DNA from: a virus
Virus record (IMG/VR): IMGVR_UViG_3300026549_000035
Coordinates: 32,918 to 96,917 of that record
DNA length: 64,000 nt
Direction: 5' to 3' (one strand)
Shown here: piece by piece, positions 27,573 to 36,925 of the stretch
Layout: the number at the start of each line of letters is the position of its first letter
Numbering within the stretch: the stretch's first letter is position 1
Made by a program: the position numbers and the translations under genes
Notes under the pieces: generated by a model
What the model was told of the DNA's origin: nothing
The model's database searches: none
Seen by the model: the letters and a program-made list of their open reading frames with translations, nothing else

Positions 27573-27995
27573 TTATGCCACCCTCTCAATAATAAGATTA
27601 GCGTTTTGAACGCTTACAGGTATAGTACTTGTATTTTCTATACTTATTTGACTGCAACATCCAATAGGAACGTCTACATAAATACTAGCACCAACATTAT
27701 TATATTGATCAACCGCCGCAGGAGTTGAAATCATACTAGAGGTGACTACTGGTTCTCCGTTGATTGCTATGGCAAGACTTACGGGGCCTACTGTTTCATC
27801 AGTAGGCACCGCAATATTAGCACCAAATTCAACGAGGAATCTCGCACGACATTGTCCATTTGGCAATCCGCGCAAGCCAACCAATCCGCTGCCTTCTCTA
27901 TGAATCATTGAGCAGTTACCTGGAACTGCAGTTTCATTAAAAAGAACAGCCTAATTTACGGCTACTACTTGAGCCGCATTAGCAGTTATTTCCAT
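27573..27995 (-). CDS. BclA C-terminal domain-like (TNF/C1q-like) protein, about 141 aa
   Basis: Track ORF 27573..27908 extends upstream through TAG to ATG at about 27995 (RBS AGGAGAG). The C-terminus …IPVSVQNANLIIERVA resembles the Bacillus BclA C-terminal domain ending …IIIEKVA. No collagen repeats are present. Confidence 0.45.
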
Positions 27996-28016
27996 CTTTA
28001 AATTCTCTCCTTTCTA

Positions 28017-28808
28017 TTAACCAGCAAATCCATTACATAAAGGACCGCCATACATTGCGTTATAACCATAGGTGCCAAAAACACCAGTATATGGATTAGC
28101 AACAATATAAGCTGGCTCTGCCGCAGGACGAAGAGCATTAATAAGATAGGCATTTTGCTCACTTTGAGAAATTTGACCTTTAAGAGCCTGATTCTCAGAA
28201 GTAAGGGCTGAGATACGATCTTGAACTAAGAAATCAAGAATTTGACGAGTATTATTATTTGCATTATCAATAATATCTCTTGCGCCAGTGGTAATAGCTG
28301 CTCTATCAGCGCATGCTTCAGTTGCAAGATTGTAATTTAAAGTTGCAAAATTAGAATCAATTCTATTATTAGTTTGGCAATTTGCTAATTGTTCTGCGGC
28401 AGTGTGAGAAGCTAATTCGCTAGAAAGCATATTAGTATTCTGTAAACCGCTAACTGTATTAGCATTAATAGCTTGAATAGTTTCAAAACCAGAATTACAA
28501 ATCTAAGATTGAGTTCCAGAAAAACCATTCAAAAGACTTGTATTTAAATTATAAAAACCATTAGCTGTGCTAGAAGCTAAATCTCTAACTCCACTAGAAA
28601 CATCGTGCATATCAAAATTGTAACCAATATCTGCGGTTACATTTCCTGCACCATTGTTTCCCCAGCCGCCAAAGCCATTGCCCCAGCCACCGAAACCGAA
28701 TAAAAATAAAAGAATAATCCACCAACCATTATCTCCGCCGAATCCATTGTTGTTACCGCTTACTGCGGCGATGTCAGATAAGCTATAACCGTCACTTGTG
28801 TTAAACAT
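28017..28808 (-). CDS. Gly/Trp-rich predicted membrane protein, about 263 aa
   Basis: Track ORFs 28503..28808 and 28017..28430 share a frame and are joined by one TAG. The N-terminus is …NGFGGDNGWWIILLFLFGFGGWGNGFGGWGNNGAGN…, with a hydrophobic segment flanked by GW/GF repeats. RBS GGAGGACAA precedes the ATG. Confidence 0.5.
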
Positions 28809-28824
28809 TTAAATTGTCCTCCTT

Positions 28825-29063
28825 CATAATCCTAATTTCTGCTTAAATGCAGAGAATTCTTTGTCGAAGTCGAGGCCTCTTTGTGCACACAAATTTCGGG
28901 CGAATTGTTCTATCCCCTTTCCATCATTGTTTTGAGCCATTCTAAGCAAGTTCTGACCGACAGGCGTATTACCTGCTTGCTACTGGAGCATATTCATTAT
29001 CATTTCTTGAGGGTTATTACCACTCCGCATCATTTGTATAAATTGCATTATAGAATTTGCCAT
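28825..29063 (-). CDS. small hypothetical protein, about 79 aa
   Basis: RBS AGGAGAGG then ATG at about 29063. Reading is MANSIMQFIQMMRSGNNPQEM…, with one TAG, ending TGA at about 28825. Confidence 0.4.
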
Positions 29064-29082
29064 TTAAAAAACCTCTCCTTCA

Positions 29083-29481
29083 TTAAAACTTGAATTCTGG
29101 AACAGAAGTTTGTTGAGGCTGAGTTTGATCATGACTCTCCATTACAAGATTAGCTTGCGCCAATATCTGTTTCAATGCTGCAATTGCCTAATCAAATTCA
29201 TCTCTTGTGACAAAAGCATTTGAATTTACTTCTGGACTCATGGGAATCTCTTTTAATTCATACATATTAAGAGCTGCTGTCCCATCTACATTACATTGTT
29301 TTGTATAAATTCTCCCGTTGGCCAAATCGGGAAAAAATGAAACAGTCCCATCAAAATCAATTGCGGCTGCTCGAACTTCTTCTAACCCGGTCACTGGACG
29401 TCCTTTTAATCCTAATAAAGGAGATCGAGTAGAAGGAGCTGGAGTCTAATAATAATAATTTTGTGTTGGTTGATATGGCAT
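29083..29481 (-). CDS. hypothetical protein, about 132 aa
   Basis: RBS GGAGG then ATG at about 29481 (MPYQPTQNYYYQTPAPS…). The gene runs in frame through track ORF 29188..29394 and one TAG to TAA at about 29083. Confidence 0.45.
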
Positions 29482-29617
29482 TTGCTAAACCTCCTTTTTA
29501 CCAAAAATTCACGGAAATTTTTCCCTTTCCGCATTATTCTTTAATTTTTATTTTCTAATAATTTTCCCACTTTGTCCAAATTTTTCCGGGAATTTTTGGT
29601 AAAAGGCGTCAGGAGGT

Positions 29618-29646
29618 TGCATTTTAAAAAATTTTTTGCTATAATA
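29618..29646 (+). promoter_or_regulatory. sigma-70/SigA-type promoter for the holin operon
   Basis: TTGCAT, a 17-bp spacer, then TATAAT lie about 90 nt upstream of ATG 29735. The element is embedded in an inverted repeat carrying GAATTTTTGGTAAAAGG motifs at 29495-29515 and 29586-29606. Confidence 0.5.
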
Positions 29647-29734
29647 AAGACAGAGAATAAGTGAAAGGGTAGGAGAAAATAGTATGGGTTTTGAATAAGT
29701 AATTTTTAATTAGAAAAAGAAAGGAGGAAAAAAT

Positions 29735-30124
29735 ATGGATTTTAAAACAATTTTACCTATTATTTTTGAAGTAGTCATTATACCACTTCTTGCAGCTTTA
29801 ACTACCGTTGCTGTAAAATGGCTTAATGCTAAAGCAAATGAAATTAAAGCAAAAACAGATAATACAGTATTAAAAAAATATATTGATATGTTAAATGAAA
29901 CTATTTCAACTACTGTAATAGCAGTCAATCAAACATATGTTGATTCTCTCAAAGAACAAGATATCTTTACTGAAGAAGCGCAATAGAAAGCTTTTAATAA
30001 AGTTCTTGAAACTGTAAAAAGTTCTTTAACTGAAGATGCTGTAATTTATCTGAATGAAGCAATTGGAGATCTTGATTCTTATATTAAAAATAAAATTGAA
30101 GAGCAAGTAAAAATTAATAAATAA
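29735..30124 (+). CDS. holin (LL-H family-like), about 129 aa
   Basis: RBS AAAGGAGG precedes the ATG. There is a single N-terminal TM helix (ILPIIFEVVIIPLLAALTTVAVKWL) followed by a charged C-terminus typical of Holin_LLH. One TAG is read through, ending TAA at about 30124. Confidence 0.55.
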
Positions 30125-30139
30125 TATAGAATTGGCGTG

Positions 30140-30175
30140 GGGCGAATATTTTCGCCCCTCCTATCTTTTTAGGGT
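30140..30175 (+). terminator. rho-independent terminator / attenuator
   Basis: GGGGCGAATATTTTCGCCCC is followed by TCCTATCTTTTT. Its 3' arm can alternatively pair with AAAAAGATAGGAGGGGC at 30229-30245. Confidence 0.6.
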
Positions 30176-30250
30176 CAATTTTTGTTAAAATTTTTATTAT
30201 AAAATTTAAAAATAAATAGATAATTAAAAAGATAGGAGGGGCATAGCTTT

Positions 30251-30727
30251 ATGGAAGAAGTTCTACAATGGATAGGAACTCATTGGGTGGAATGGCTCTT
30301 TTGTTTAATTGGTATTGTATTGACGTTTTTAGCTAAACATCATGTTAAAGTATAGAAAGAGTTATTAGAAGAAAAGTGGAAAGATAAAGAAAAAAATATG
30401 TGTGGAAAAATAATTACTACTTTTGATACAAAAATTAGTGAAGTAGAAAAAAAATCTTCAGAAGAAGATGCATTGATTCATAATGAGTTAGATAAAATTA
30501 ATACAGAAGTAGATACTATTGAATCAGGTATCTTATCCATCCAAGGAAAGCAATTTAGAGAACTTTGTGAAGAGCTTTTAACACAAGATTATATTACTGT
30601 TGAAGAATATGAAGACTTTGAAGCAGAATATGATATTTATAAAAGCTTAGGAGGTAATCACAAAGGAGATGCTCTTCATGCTAGAGTTGTTGCAAAATAT
30701 GATAGATAGAAAAGTAAATCAGAATAA
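30251..30727 (+). CDS. second holin-like/lysis-associated membrane protein, about 158 aa
   Basis: RBS GATAGGAGGGG then ATG 30251. An N-terminal TM segment (WVEWLFCLIGIVLTFLAK) is followed by a coiled-coil C-terminus, with 2 TAGs, ending TAA at about 30727. Confidence 0.45.
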
Positions 30728-30772
30728 AAAAAAGGGCGATAGTCAATTAAGACTATCGCCCTTTTTTTTATT
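30727..30772. terminator. bidirectional terminator
   Basis: AAAAAAAAGGGCGATAGTCAATTAAGACTATCGCCCTTTTTTTT. Confidence 0.75.
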
Positions 30773-31253
30773 CTCCCCAATTATTAATATTCTAATAAAT
30801 AATATGGGCCCCAATACAAATAGCATCAACTTCATCTTGAGTAGCTTTAATTCCATAATTTTCTGCTACCCATGCCTAAGCCGCACGTTTCTGTTCGGGT
30901 CGTGTTTTACCTTTAATTCCAAGAGTAGATTTCCAAGTTCCTGCTAATACAGCTTCTACTGGAATATTCATATCAATACATAATTCATATAAGACTCCAA
31001 AAACCTCTGCGAGAATTTTAAAAGTCTATACATTATTTACTCGCTATCCATCCATATATATATCTTCTAAAATAACTTTATCTACATTTAATTTATTGAT
31101 TATATCTTGAACTAAACATCGAGCTTGATGTAATCTTTCACCAATATTTGGCTCTTCACTTAGGTCAAATTTTCCATATTCTATTAATTCATTTCCATCA
31201 AAAAGTGCCCAACCAGTTATTCTACTGGACTAATCTAATGCTAAAATTCTCAT
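30768..31253 (-). CDS. RuvC-like Holliday junction resolvase, about 161 aa
   Basis: MRILALDQSSRITGWALFDGNELIEYGK… is the RuvC/YqgF-family N-terminal catalytic motif. Several TAG sense codons are present. The start ATG overlaps the upstream homing-endonuclease gene's stop (ATGA). Confidence 0.7.
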
Positions 31254-32092
31254 TTTACTAACTCCTTTACTTGTTCTTCTGTTAGTTTATTTTTTGTACT
31301 AATTAGTTCAGGACATTCTTTCCAATGTAAAGGTTCTTTAGTAATAGGATGTTTTCCTGCACTTTTATTTTTTCCTCTAATACATGCTCGAATATTGCTT
31401 GAAGAAAAACCGTATTTTTTTTCTACTTCTGATGTTGAATTAAAAAATTCATTTAATTCAATGCAATATAAAGGTATCTTTATACCTTTTAAAATTTCAG
31501 TCCTGTTTTTTAAATTATTAATTTTTTCTTGATTTACCTAATCTAAATATAACCAATGTATAGGCTATCCATTTGGCATAAAACCAGCATATTTTAATTT
31601 ATTTTTACAGACTTTTTGAATTGTACTATTATCAATACCAGTTGCACGCTCTGCGCTTAAAGCACTTTCAAAAGTTAAATCTAGTTCAACACAATAGACA
31701 GGTTTATTAATAATTTTTTTAAAAGTACCATCATTCCACATCTAATAATTTAATTCACGTCGTTTTTCTTTTTGCTCATCAGTTAAAGTATTTGTATTTC
31801 CACCTGCAGTAATATTATAGCCATACTTTGGATGTTGTGTATTATATTTAGCTATTAATTCTTGTTCTTTCTAATTTGCTTCTTCTTTTGTTAAATTAGT
31901 ATATAATACTTCATGGTTAAAATTATCCCATCCATATTTTAAAATAGCTAAACTAAAATGACTATTAGGTTGTTTTCTTATATATTCTAATCCATTTTTT
32001 CCCCAACGAGCCTAAAGAGTTTGTTTCGTCTACCCAATATATTTTTTACCATTAATTTTATTAGTATGACAATAAATTTTATAACTATTCAT
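31250..32092 (-). CDS. GIY-YIG homing endonuclease with NUMOD-like repeats (free-standing), about 280 aa
   Basis: MNSYKIYCHTNKINGKKYIG[TAG]TKQTL[TAG]ARWGKNG…KYGYNITAGG, where TAGs sit at the conserved Gln positions of the YIGQT and LQxRW motifs. The C-terminal region carries two repeated DNA-binding modules. Confidence 0.8.
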
Positions 32093-32172
32093 TTTTATTT
32101 ACTTACCTGCCTTTCATAAGAATATGGAAAATAAAGTAAATAAATTTGAAAATTTTGACCAGTACTTCCAAA

Positions 32173-32382
32173 TTATTTGGAAGTACTGCCAAAACCTCCC
32201 GTGCGTTTGGCGTTTGTCCATTCAAAAGTGGCATCTTCTTCAACTGTTTTATAATTCAAGAAAACACCCTAGCCTATTTTATCACCTTTTTGCAAAATTA
32301 TATCTTGAGGAAATAAATTAATTATTTGAAAATAAATATGTCCTTCATTGTCGGGATTATTATAATAATCAGAATCAATAAT
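32173..32382 (-). CDS. dut: dUTPase exon 2 (motifs 3-5)
   Basis: IIDSDYYNNPDNEGHIYFQIINLFPQDIILQKGDKIG[TAG]GVFL…RTGGFGSTSK then TAA. The TAG falls at the invariant Gln of dUTPase motif 4. The stop lies in the loop of a 13-bp perfect palindrome CAGTACTTCCAAA/TTTGGAAGTACTG. Confidence 0.8.
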
Positions 32383-33824
32383 CATTTGTTATCCTATAGG
32401 CTTTTTATCCTACAGTTCTTATATTTTTCCATCATATAAGTTCGGCGTACATTTTCATTTTTAAATAAAAAATGTTGAACACTCTTGGAGGGATTATATT
32501 TATTCACCCCCTACGCTCTACGGTGTCTCTTCGCCTTTCGCAATCGAAGAGATTACCTCGGTATTGTCCTTTTTTTTTGGAGGATTTCACCGATTTTGCT
32601 CAATTTTTAGTCGGCATTATTTGTCACTATAAAATTACTTGTTTCTAATAATAAATCTTCTATTTTTAAATCCTTTAATTGCGTATAGGGGATACGAATT
32701 AAGGGAATATGATTTTCTTTACACCATTCGTTTTTGATTAAATCATGCCTATGAGTATATTCATAATTAAAAATAGTTTCCTAAAAATGCTGTATTCCAT
32801 CAAATTCAATTAAATATTTATTATTTATATAAAAATCAAAAGGTAATAATGTTTTATCTTTGCAGGTTTTAAATTTTTTTTCAATTTCAAAAGGAATATT
32901 ATTAGAAAATAATAATTGTTTAATTTTTTCATTTCCTTTTGAAATATTACTATGTTGTCCACAGCTAAGAGTTAATCCTTGTCGTAGACTAATTCCTAAA
33001 ACGTCTCTTTCAATGCCGCAGTTACATTTACAGCGCCAATAGATAGCTCCTCCGGCACTTCTTTTATTTGTTTTATATAAAACGTGCCACATTCCAAAAG
33101 TCTGTCCAGAGATATCTTTTTCGTTGGTTTTAGAAGATATTATTTCTTTTCCTGATAAATGATTATCATACCAAATTTTAGTAATCATTCCTCTAGAAAC
33201 ATTAAGTTCTCTAGCTAATTGATTAGATGTTTTTGTATTATAAGAATCTATAATATACTATTTATCTTCTTTAGATAGTTTATATTCTTTATTTTCATAA
33301 ACATCATAATTATATTTTTTAGCATAATTTAAAATCGCTGTTGAACTACAATTGTATTTTTTGCCCATTGCCTATGCATTTTTTAATATTTTATAATCTT
33401 TAATAAAATCCTCTAATTTTATATTATCTAATTTGTTATTATGGTTTTTAAGAATATAACCATGTGATTTTAAATAATTTGCAACGGCTGTTGGGCTACA
33501 ATTATATTTTTCACCTACTTTTTGACAACTTAATAATTCTTCATAATCTTTAATTACCTGTTCAATTGGAATATTTATAATTTTTATTTTTTTATTTTTA
33601 CTATTATCATAGTTAATTTTTTTAGCATGATTAAGAATTGAAGTTTTACTACAATTATACAATTCTGCCATTTTTCTAGAACTTTTTAATTTTTGATAAT
33701 TTTTAATAAATTCTTCATTAGTGCCAAAATCCATATATTCACATCCTTTCACTTATATATGAAAGAAGTTAATATTTTATTAGAAGATTTTTGACCAAAC
33801 TTTTTATAGTTAGGAAAAAAGTCT
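32383..33824 (-). mobile_element. self-splicing intron (group I-like, type 'A/B') in dut carrying a homing endonuclease gene
   Basis: It separates dut exon 1 (…SVRSSCPLKNWLILANGVG) from exon 2 (IIDSDY…), which together restore dUTPase motif 3. The 5' exon ends in T and the intron ends …GGATAACAAATG. The 3' end holds a roughly 190-nt conserved structured core (32383-32575), paralogous to the core at 35689-35885. Confidence 0.7.
32607..33752 (-). CDS. intron-encoded homing endonuclease: triple-HTH + zinc finger + Vsr-like PD-(D/E)xK nuclease domain, about 380 aa
   Basis: Track ORFs 33372..33752 and 32781..33188 plus read-through of TAGs give three NCS(K/P/S)T(S/A)(I/V)xN(H/Y)(A/L)KK HTH repeats. 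A CKCNCG zinc finger follows. The C-terminus …LIEFDGIQHF[Q]…D…K…C…IPLIRIPY is typical of DUF559/Vsr-fold homing endonucleases. Confidence 0.65.
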
Positions 33825-34175
33825 ACCGACTCCATTTGCGAGAATGAGCCAATTTTTTAAAGGACAAGAACTTCGAACAGATAATTGCAAATATTGATTT
33901 TTTGGAATATAAGCTTTAACTCCAGTAGGAACTAGAGTCGGCTTAAAATTATATTTTTTAGTTATTTCTTTTACTTCATCTAAGTCAAATAAATATCTAT
34001 CTCTAATTAAACCATATTTAGATAAATTCTAGACATTTTTAAAATAACTTGGAACAATTGTATCTTCGGCAACAACAAAATCATATCCTGCGCTATCTGC
34101 AGTTGCTCTTTTGGGTAATAAAGAACTATCAGGATATTTTGATATTAATTCAAATTTAGGATATGCTAAACTCAT
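33825..34175 (-). CDS. dut: dUTPase exon 1 (motifs 1-2)
   Basis: MSLAYPKFELISKYPDSSLLPKRATADSAGYDFVV…PTGVKAYIPKNQYLQLSVRSSCPLKNWLILANGVG. The start ATG overlaps the upstream gene's TAA (TAATG). Confidence 0.8.
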
Positions 34176-34423
34176 TAAAAAGTCACCTCATATTTTACAT
34201 CAATAGATCTATCAGGTTCTTTTTCATTATTAAAAACCTTTTTAGCCTTTACAACCTGATATTCATCTACGATTTCACCTTTTACTTTAATATATTTAGT
34301 AGTATAACTAAAAGCAGTAAGCTCAAAAGTTGGATCTGTTAATAATTCTTGATGTAAATCTTCAACTTCTTTTACTGTTGCTACTCTATAAGTAGTAACG
34401 TCATTAATTAAATATTTTACCAT
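34175..34423 (-). CDS. hypothetical protein, 82 aa
   Basis: ORF track. It contains no TAG and ends TAA. Confidence 0.45.
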   Translation of the reverse strand: MVKYLINDVTTYRVATVKEVEDLHQELLTDPTFELTAFSYTTKYIKVKGEIVDEYQVVKAKKVFNNEKEPDRSIDVKYEVTF

Positions 34424-34691
34424 TAATATAAATCCTCATTTCTTTATTATTTGAATATTTTGTCATTAATGAATTTAAAAGGTGTGATCCAAATTCTTTT
34501 AAATATGACTCATAACCTCTTAAATCTATACCATCAATATCTTCGTGCTAGTTCATTAAATAAGTTAATTCTTCAGGAATTAAATCTACTGGTTTAGAAG
34601 ATTGTGATAAAACTTTTCCACTATCTTCTACTAAGTAAATACTTTGATCTCCATCAAATAAATTAAAATCTACTATTAAATGTTTAGACAT
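34404..34691 (-). CDS. hypothetical protein, about 95 aa
   Basis: MSKHLIVDFNLFDGDQSIYLVEDSGKV… has one TAG. Its end overlaps the next gene's start. Confidence 0.4.
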
Positions 34692-35058
34692 AAGTTACAA
34701 CTCCTTCGTCATATGGGAATAACATGAAAGCATGAGCTTCTTGACCAGTCGTTTCATTTTTTGCCCAAATTTCACAATGCTCAGAATCTTCTTCAATTTC
34801 ATCGGAATGGATTGTCCAACCCGTTTCTAATAAAATAGAAATAACAGCATTTCCAAAAGTATCAAATTCTGCCCTAGTAGGTTTTCTATGTTGAAAAACA
34901 GTATAATAATTAATTTCTCTACATAAAAGCATATAAAAGTGTCCTTCAAAATATTTCTTTTCCCATTCGTTGATACGAGCTTTTAAGTCTTCTATTTGAG
35001 ATTCATCATATGCAGGTAACTAACTAATTATACTTTGATTTATTTCATACAAAGACAT
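34684..35058 (-). CDS. hypothetical protein, about 124 aa
   Basis: Track ORF 34684..34932 extends upstream through one TAG to ATG at about 35058 (MSLYEINQSIIS…). Confidence 0.4.
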
Positions 35059-35089
35059 ATTGATATTTCCTTGTCCTTTTACTTTATTT

Positions 35090-35602
35090 TTAATGTTCTT
35101 TTTTTTCATTTTCTCTTATTTCCTTCATATTTAAAATTCTTTGATTGCGGCTTCCGCGCATAGCGAGGGTAATATCTCTTTCAGATAGTAAAAAAGGTCC
35201 TTCAATTAAATAATCTATGTTGTCAAAAACCATATCTATTTTAGGTTCTATCTTCTCAATTAATTCCTATAATTGCTCATAGGTATAGCCTGTCCAAACA
35301 TAAATTTTTATATTAGGATAAACCTTTCTTACTTCTGTGATAATCATCGCTGTTAAAAAAACATTTTCTCCACAAAGAGGTTCTCCACCCATAATACTTA
35401 AATTTCTTTGAACCCCATTGGCATGTAAAGCTTCGATAATTTCCTATAAAACTTCTGGAGTGAATTCTTTTCCGCCATTAAAATCCCAAGTCTAAGGATT
35501 CTGACAACCAGGGCAATGAATAGGACAGCCCTAGGTGAAGAAGCTAACATTAACTCCTTCACCTGCAGCAATATCATTTTTTATAATACCGGCATATCTC
35601 AT
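35090..35602 (-). CDS. nrdG: anaerobic ribonucleotide reductase activating protein (radical SAM), about 170 aa
   Basis: MRYAGIIKNDIAAGEGVNVSFFT[Q]GCPIHCPGCQNP… carries the CxxxCxxC radical-SAM motif of NrdG with 4 TAG codons. The start ATG overlaps the TGA of nrdD exon 4 (ATGA). Confidence 0.8.
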
Positions 35603-35688
35603 TCCATTACCCCCACGTGTTTAGCTCTATTATGGACTTCGTCTTGTTTTCCGAGATTAAATGCTTCGGTGTAATTACCAGTTAAATA
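35599..35688 (-). CDS. nrdD: NrdD exon 4 (C-terminal about 29 aa after the glycyl-radical Gly)
   Basis: YLTGNYTEAFNLGKQDEVHNRAKHVGVME then TGA. It joins exon 3's …EQLRRVTG to give the RVTGYL glycyl-radical motif. Confidence 0.7.
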   Translation of the reverse strand, partial: YLTGNYTEAFNLGKQDEVHNRAKHVGVME

Positions 35689-36925
35689 CAATTTTGTTAT
35701 CCTACAGGCTTTTTATCCTATAGTTCTTATAGTTTCCTATAAGTTCGGCGTACATTTTCATCTACGACTTTACGTTTAGATGTTGGACACTCTTGGAAGG
35801 ATTATATTTATTCACCTTCTACGCTCTACGGTACTTCTTTGCCTTTCGCAATCAAAGAAGTTACCTCGGTATTAGCATAAATTAAATTATATTTTCTTTT
35901 AAGATAATGATTATTATGATTTTTATATAAATAATTTCGTAATAAAACTATATCTTTTTGACTAGACCATCTAATTCTTTTTATAGAACCTTCTTTAGTA
36001 ATATTATTTTTATTTAAAGAAGGTAAAGCTTTAAAAAGATTTTTCTAAACCCAAGATATAATATTTTCATTTCCACAAAAACTTATTTCACAACATTTTT
36101 GACCAGAAGATCGAATATATGTTGTAAAACCTCCATCTCCATCAAAAAGACCTCTTAAAAAAGATGAATTGTATTTAGAATTAAAAATTGGAACTTGCAC
36201 AGAAAAAGTTTTCTTTTGAGTAATTCCCATTTTTTCTAAATCTAAAATTATTTTTTTACACCCTAAGCTAAATCGTTTATAATTTTTATTACTTGTATAT
36301 ACTTTATTAACAACTCCTAAATCTTGTTCTAATAAGTGTAAGATATCTTCATCTTCTTGTTTTAACGTTAATTCTAACTAAAACTTGCTTTTTTCTGGCT
36401 AATTAGTAATTGAACCATCACTAATAATCCATCCGAGCCAATAAGCTTTTTCTGGAGAGTCAATATTTTCAAAATAATTTTCATTTAAATCAGGGTTTTT
36501 TCTTTTTGAAGAAGAAATATTTTCACAATCTTTCACAATTTTTTTTATTCTTTCATAACTAATACTATATTCTTTCTACAATTTTATTAAAGGCTCATAA
36601 TTCATATAACGTTTTTTAATTTCTTCTTCCTATTCTTTTGTTAAAACATTTTTAATTTTAGCACCTATTCTTCTAGGGAGATTATTTATTCTCGCGATTC
36701 GACTAATTGTTGATGTGCTAATATTAAACTATTTTGCTATATCTTGAGTTGATATTTCTGGATGATTTAAATATAAATCAATAATTTTTTTGTCTCTATC
36801 CGTCATAATATAAAAAACTCCTTTACTGGTTTTTCTATTAAGACTTGAAAATTTAATCAGTAGCTTTCACCGATTTTGCCCAATAATATTTTAAAAAATT
36901 TCTTTTTTAAACGGCTATTTAATTA
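35689..36925 (-). mobile_element. self-splicing intron (type 'A/B') in nrdD at the glycyl-radical motif, carrying a LAGLIDADG homing endonuclease gene
   Basis: The 5' exon ends …ACAGGT and the intron ends …GGATAACAAAATTG. The roughly 190-nt 3' core (35689-35885) is about 85% identical to 32383-32575, with compensatory base changes in two stems. Confidence 0.7.
35808..36806 (-). CDS. LAGLIDADG homing endonuclease with N-terminal HTH, about 332 aa
   Basis: …AYWLGWIISDGSIT… and …LRGLFDGDGGF… are the two LAGLIDADG motifs, with an N-terminal sigma-70 region-4-like HTH. Roughly 7 TAG codons are present, and the C-terminal about 25 codons overlap the conserved intron core. Confidence 0.75.

Noticed and set aside
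32383-35885. The two ~190-bp near-identical repeats as IS/transposon terminal repeats or a CRISPR-like array
   Set aside because: They are in direct orientation, each at the 3' end of an intervening sequence that splits a conserved gene at a motif. They show RNA-style compensatory changes. No transposase lies between them.
36810-36925. Possible small ORFs in the 5' part of the nrdD type-A/B intron
   Set aside because: No RBS, and the segment aligns with structured RNA shared with the dut intron.
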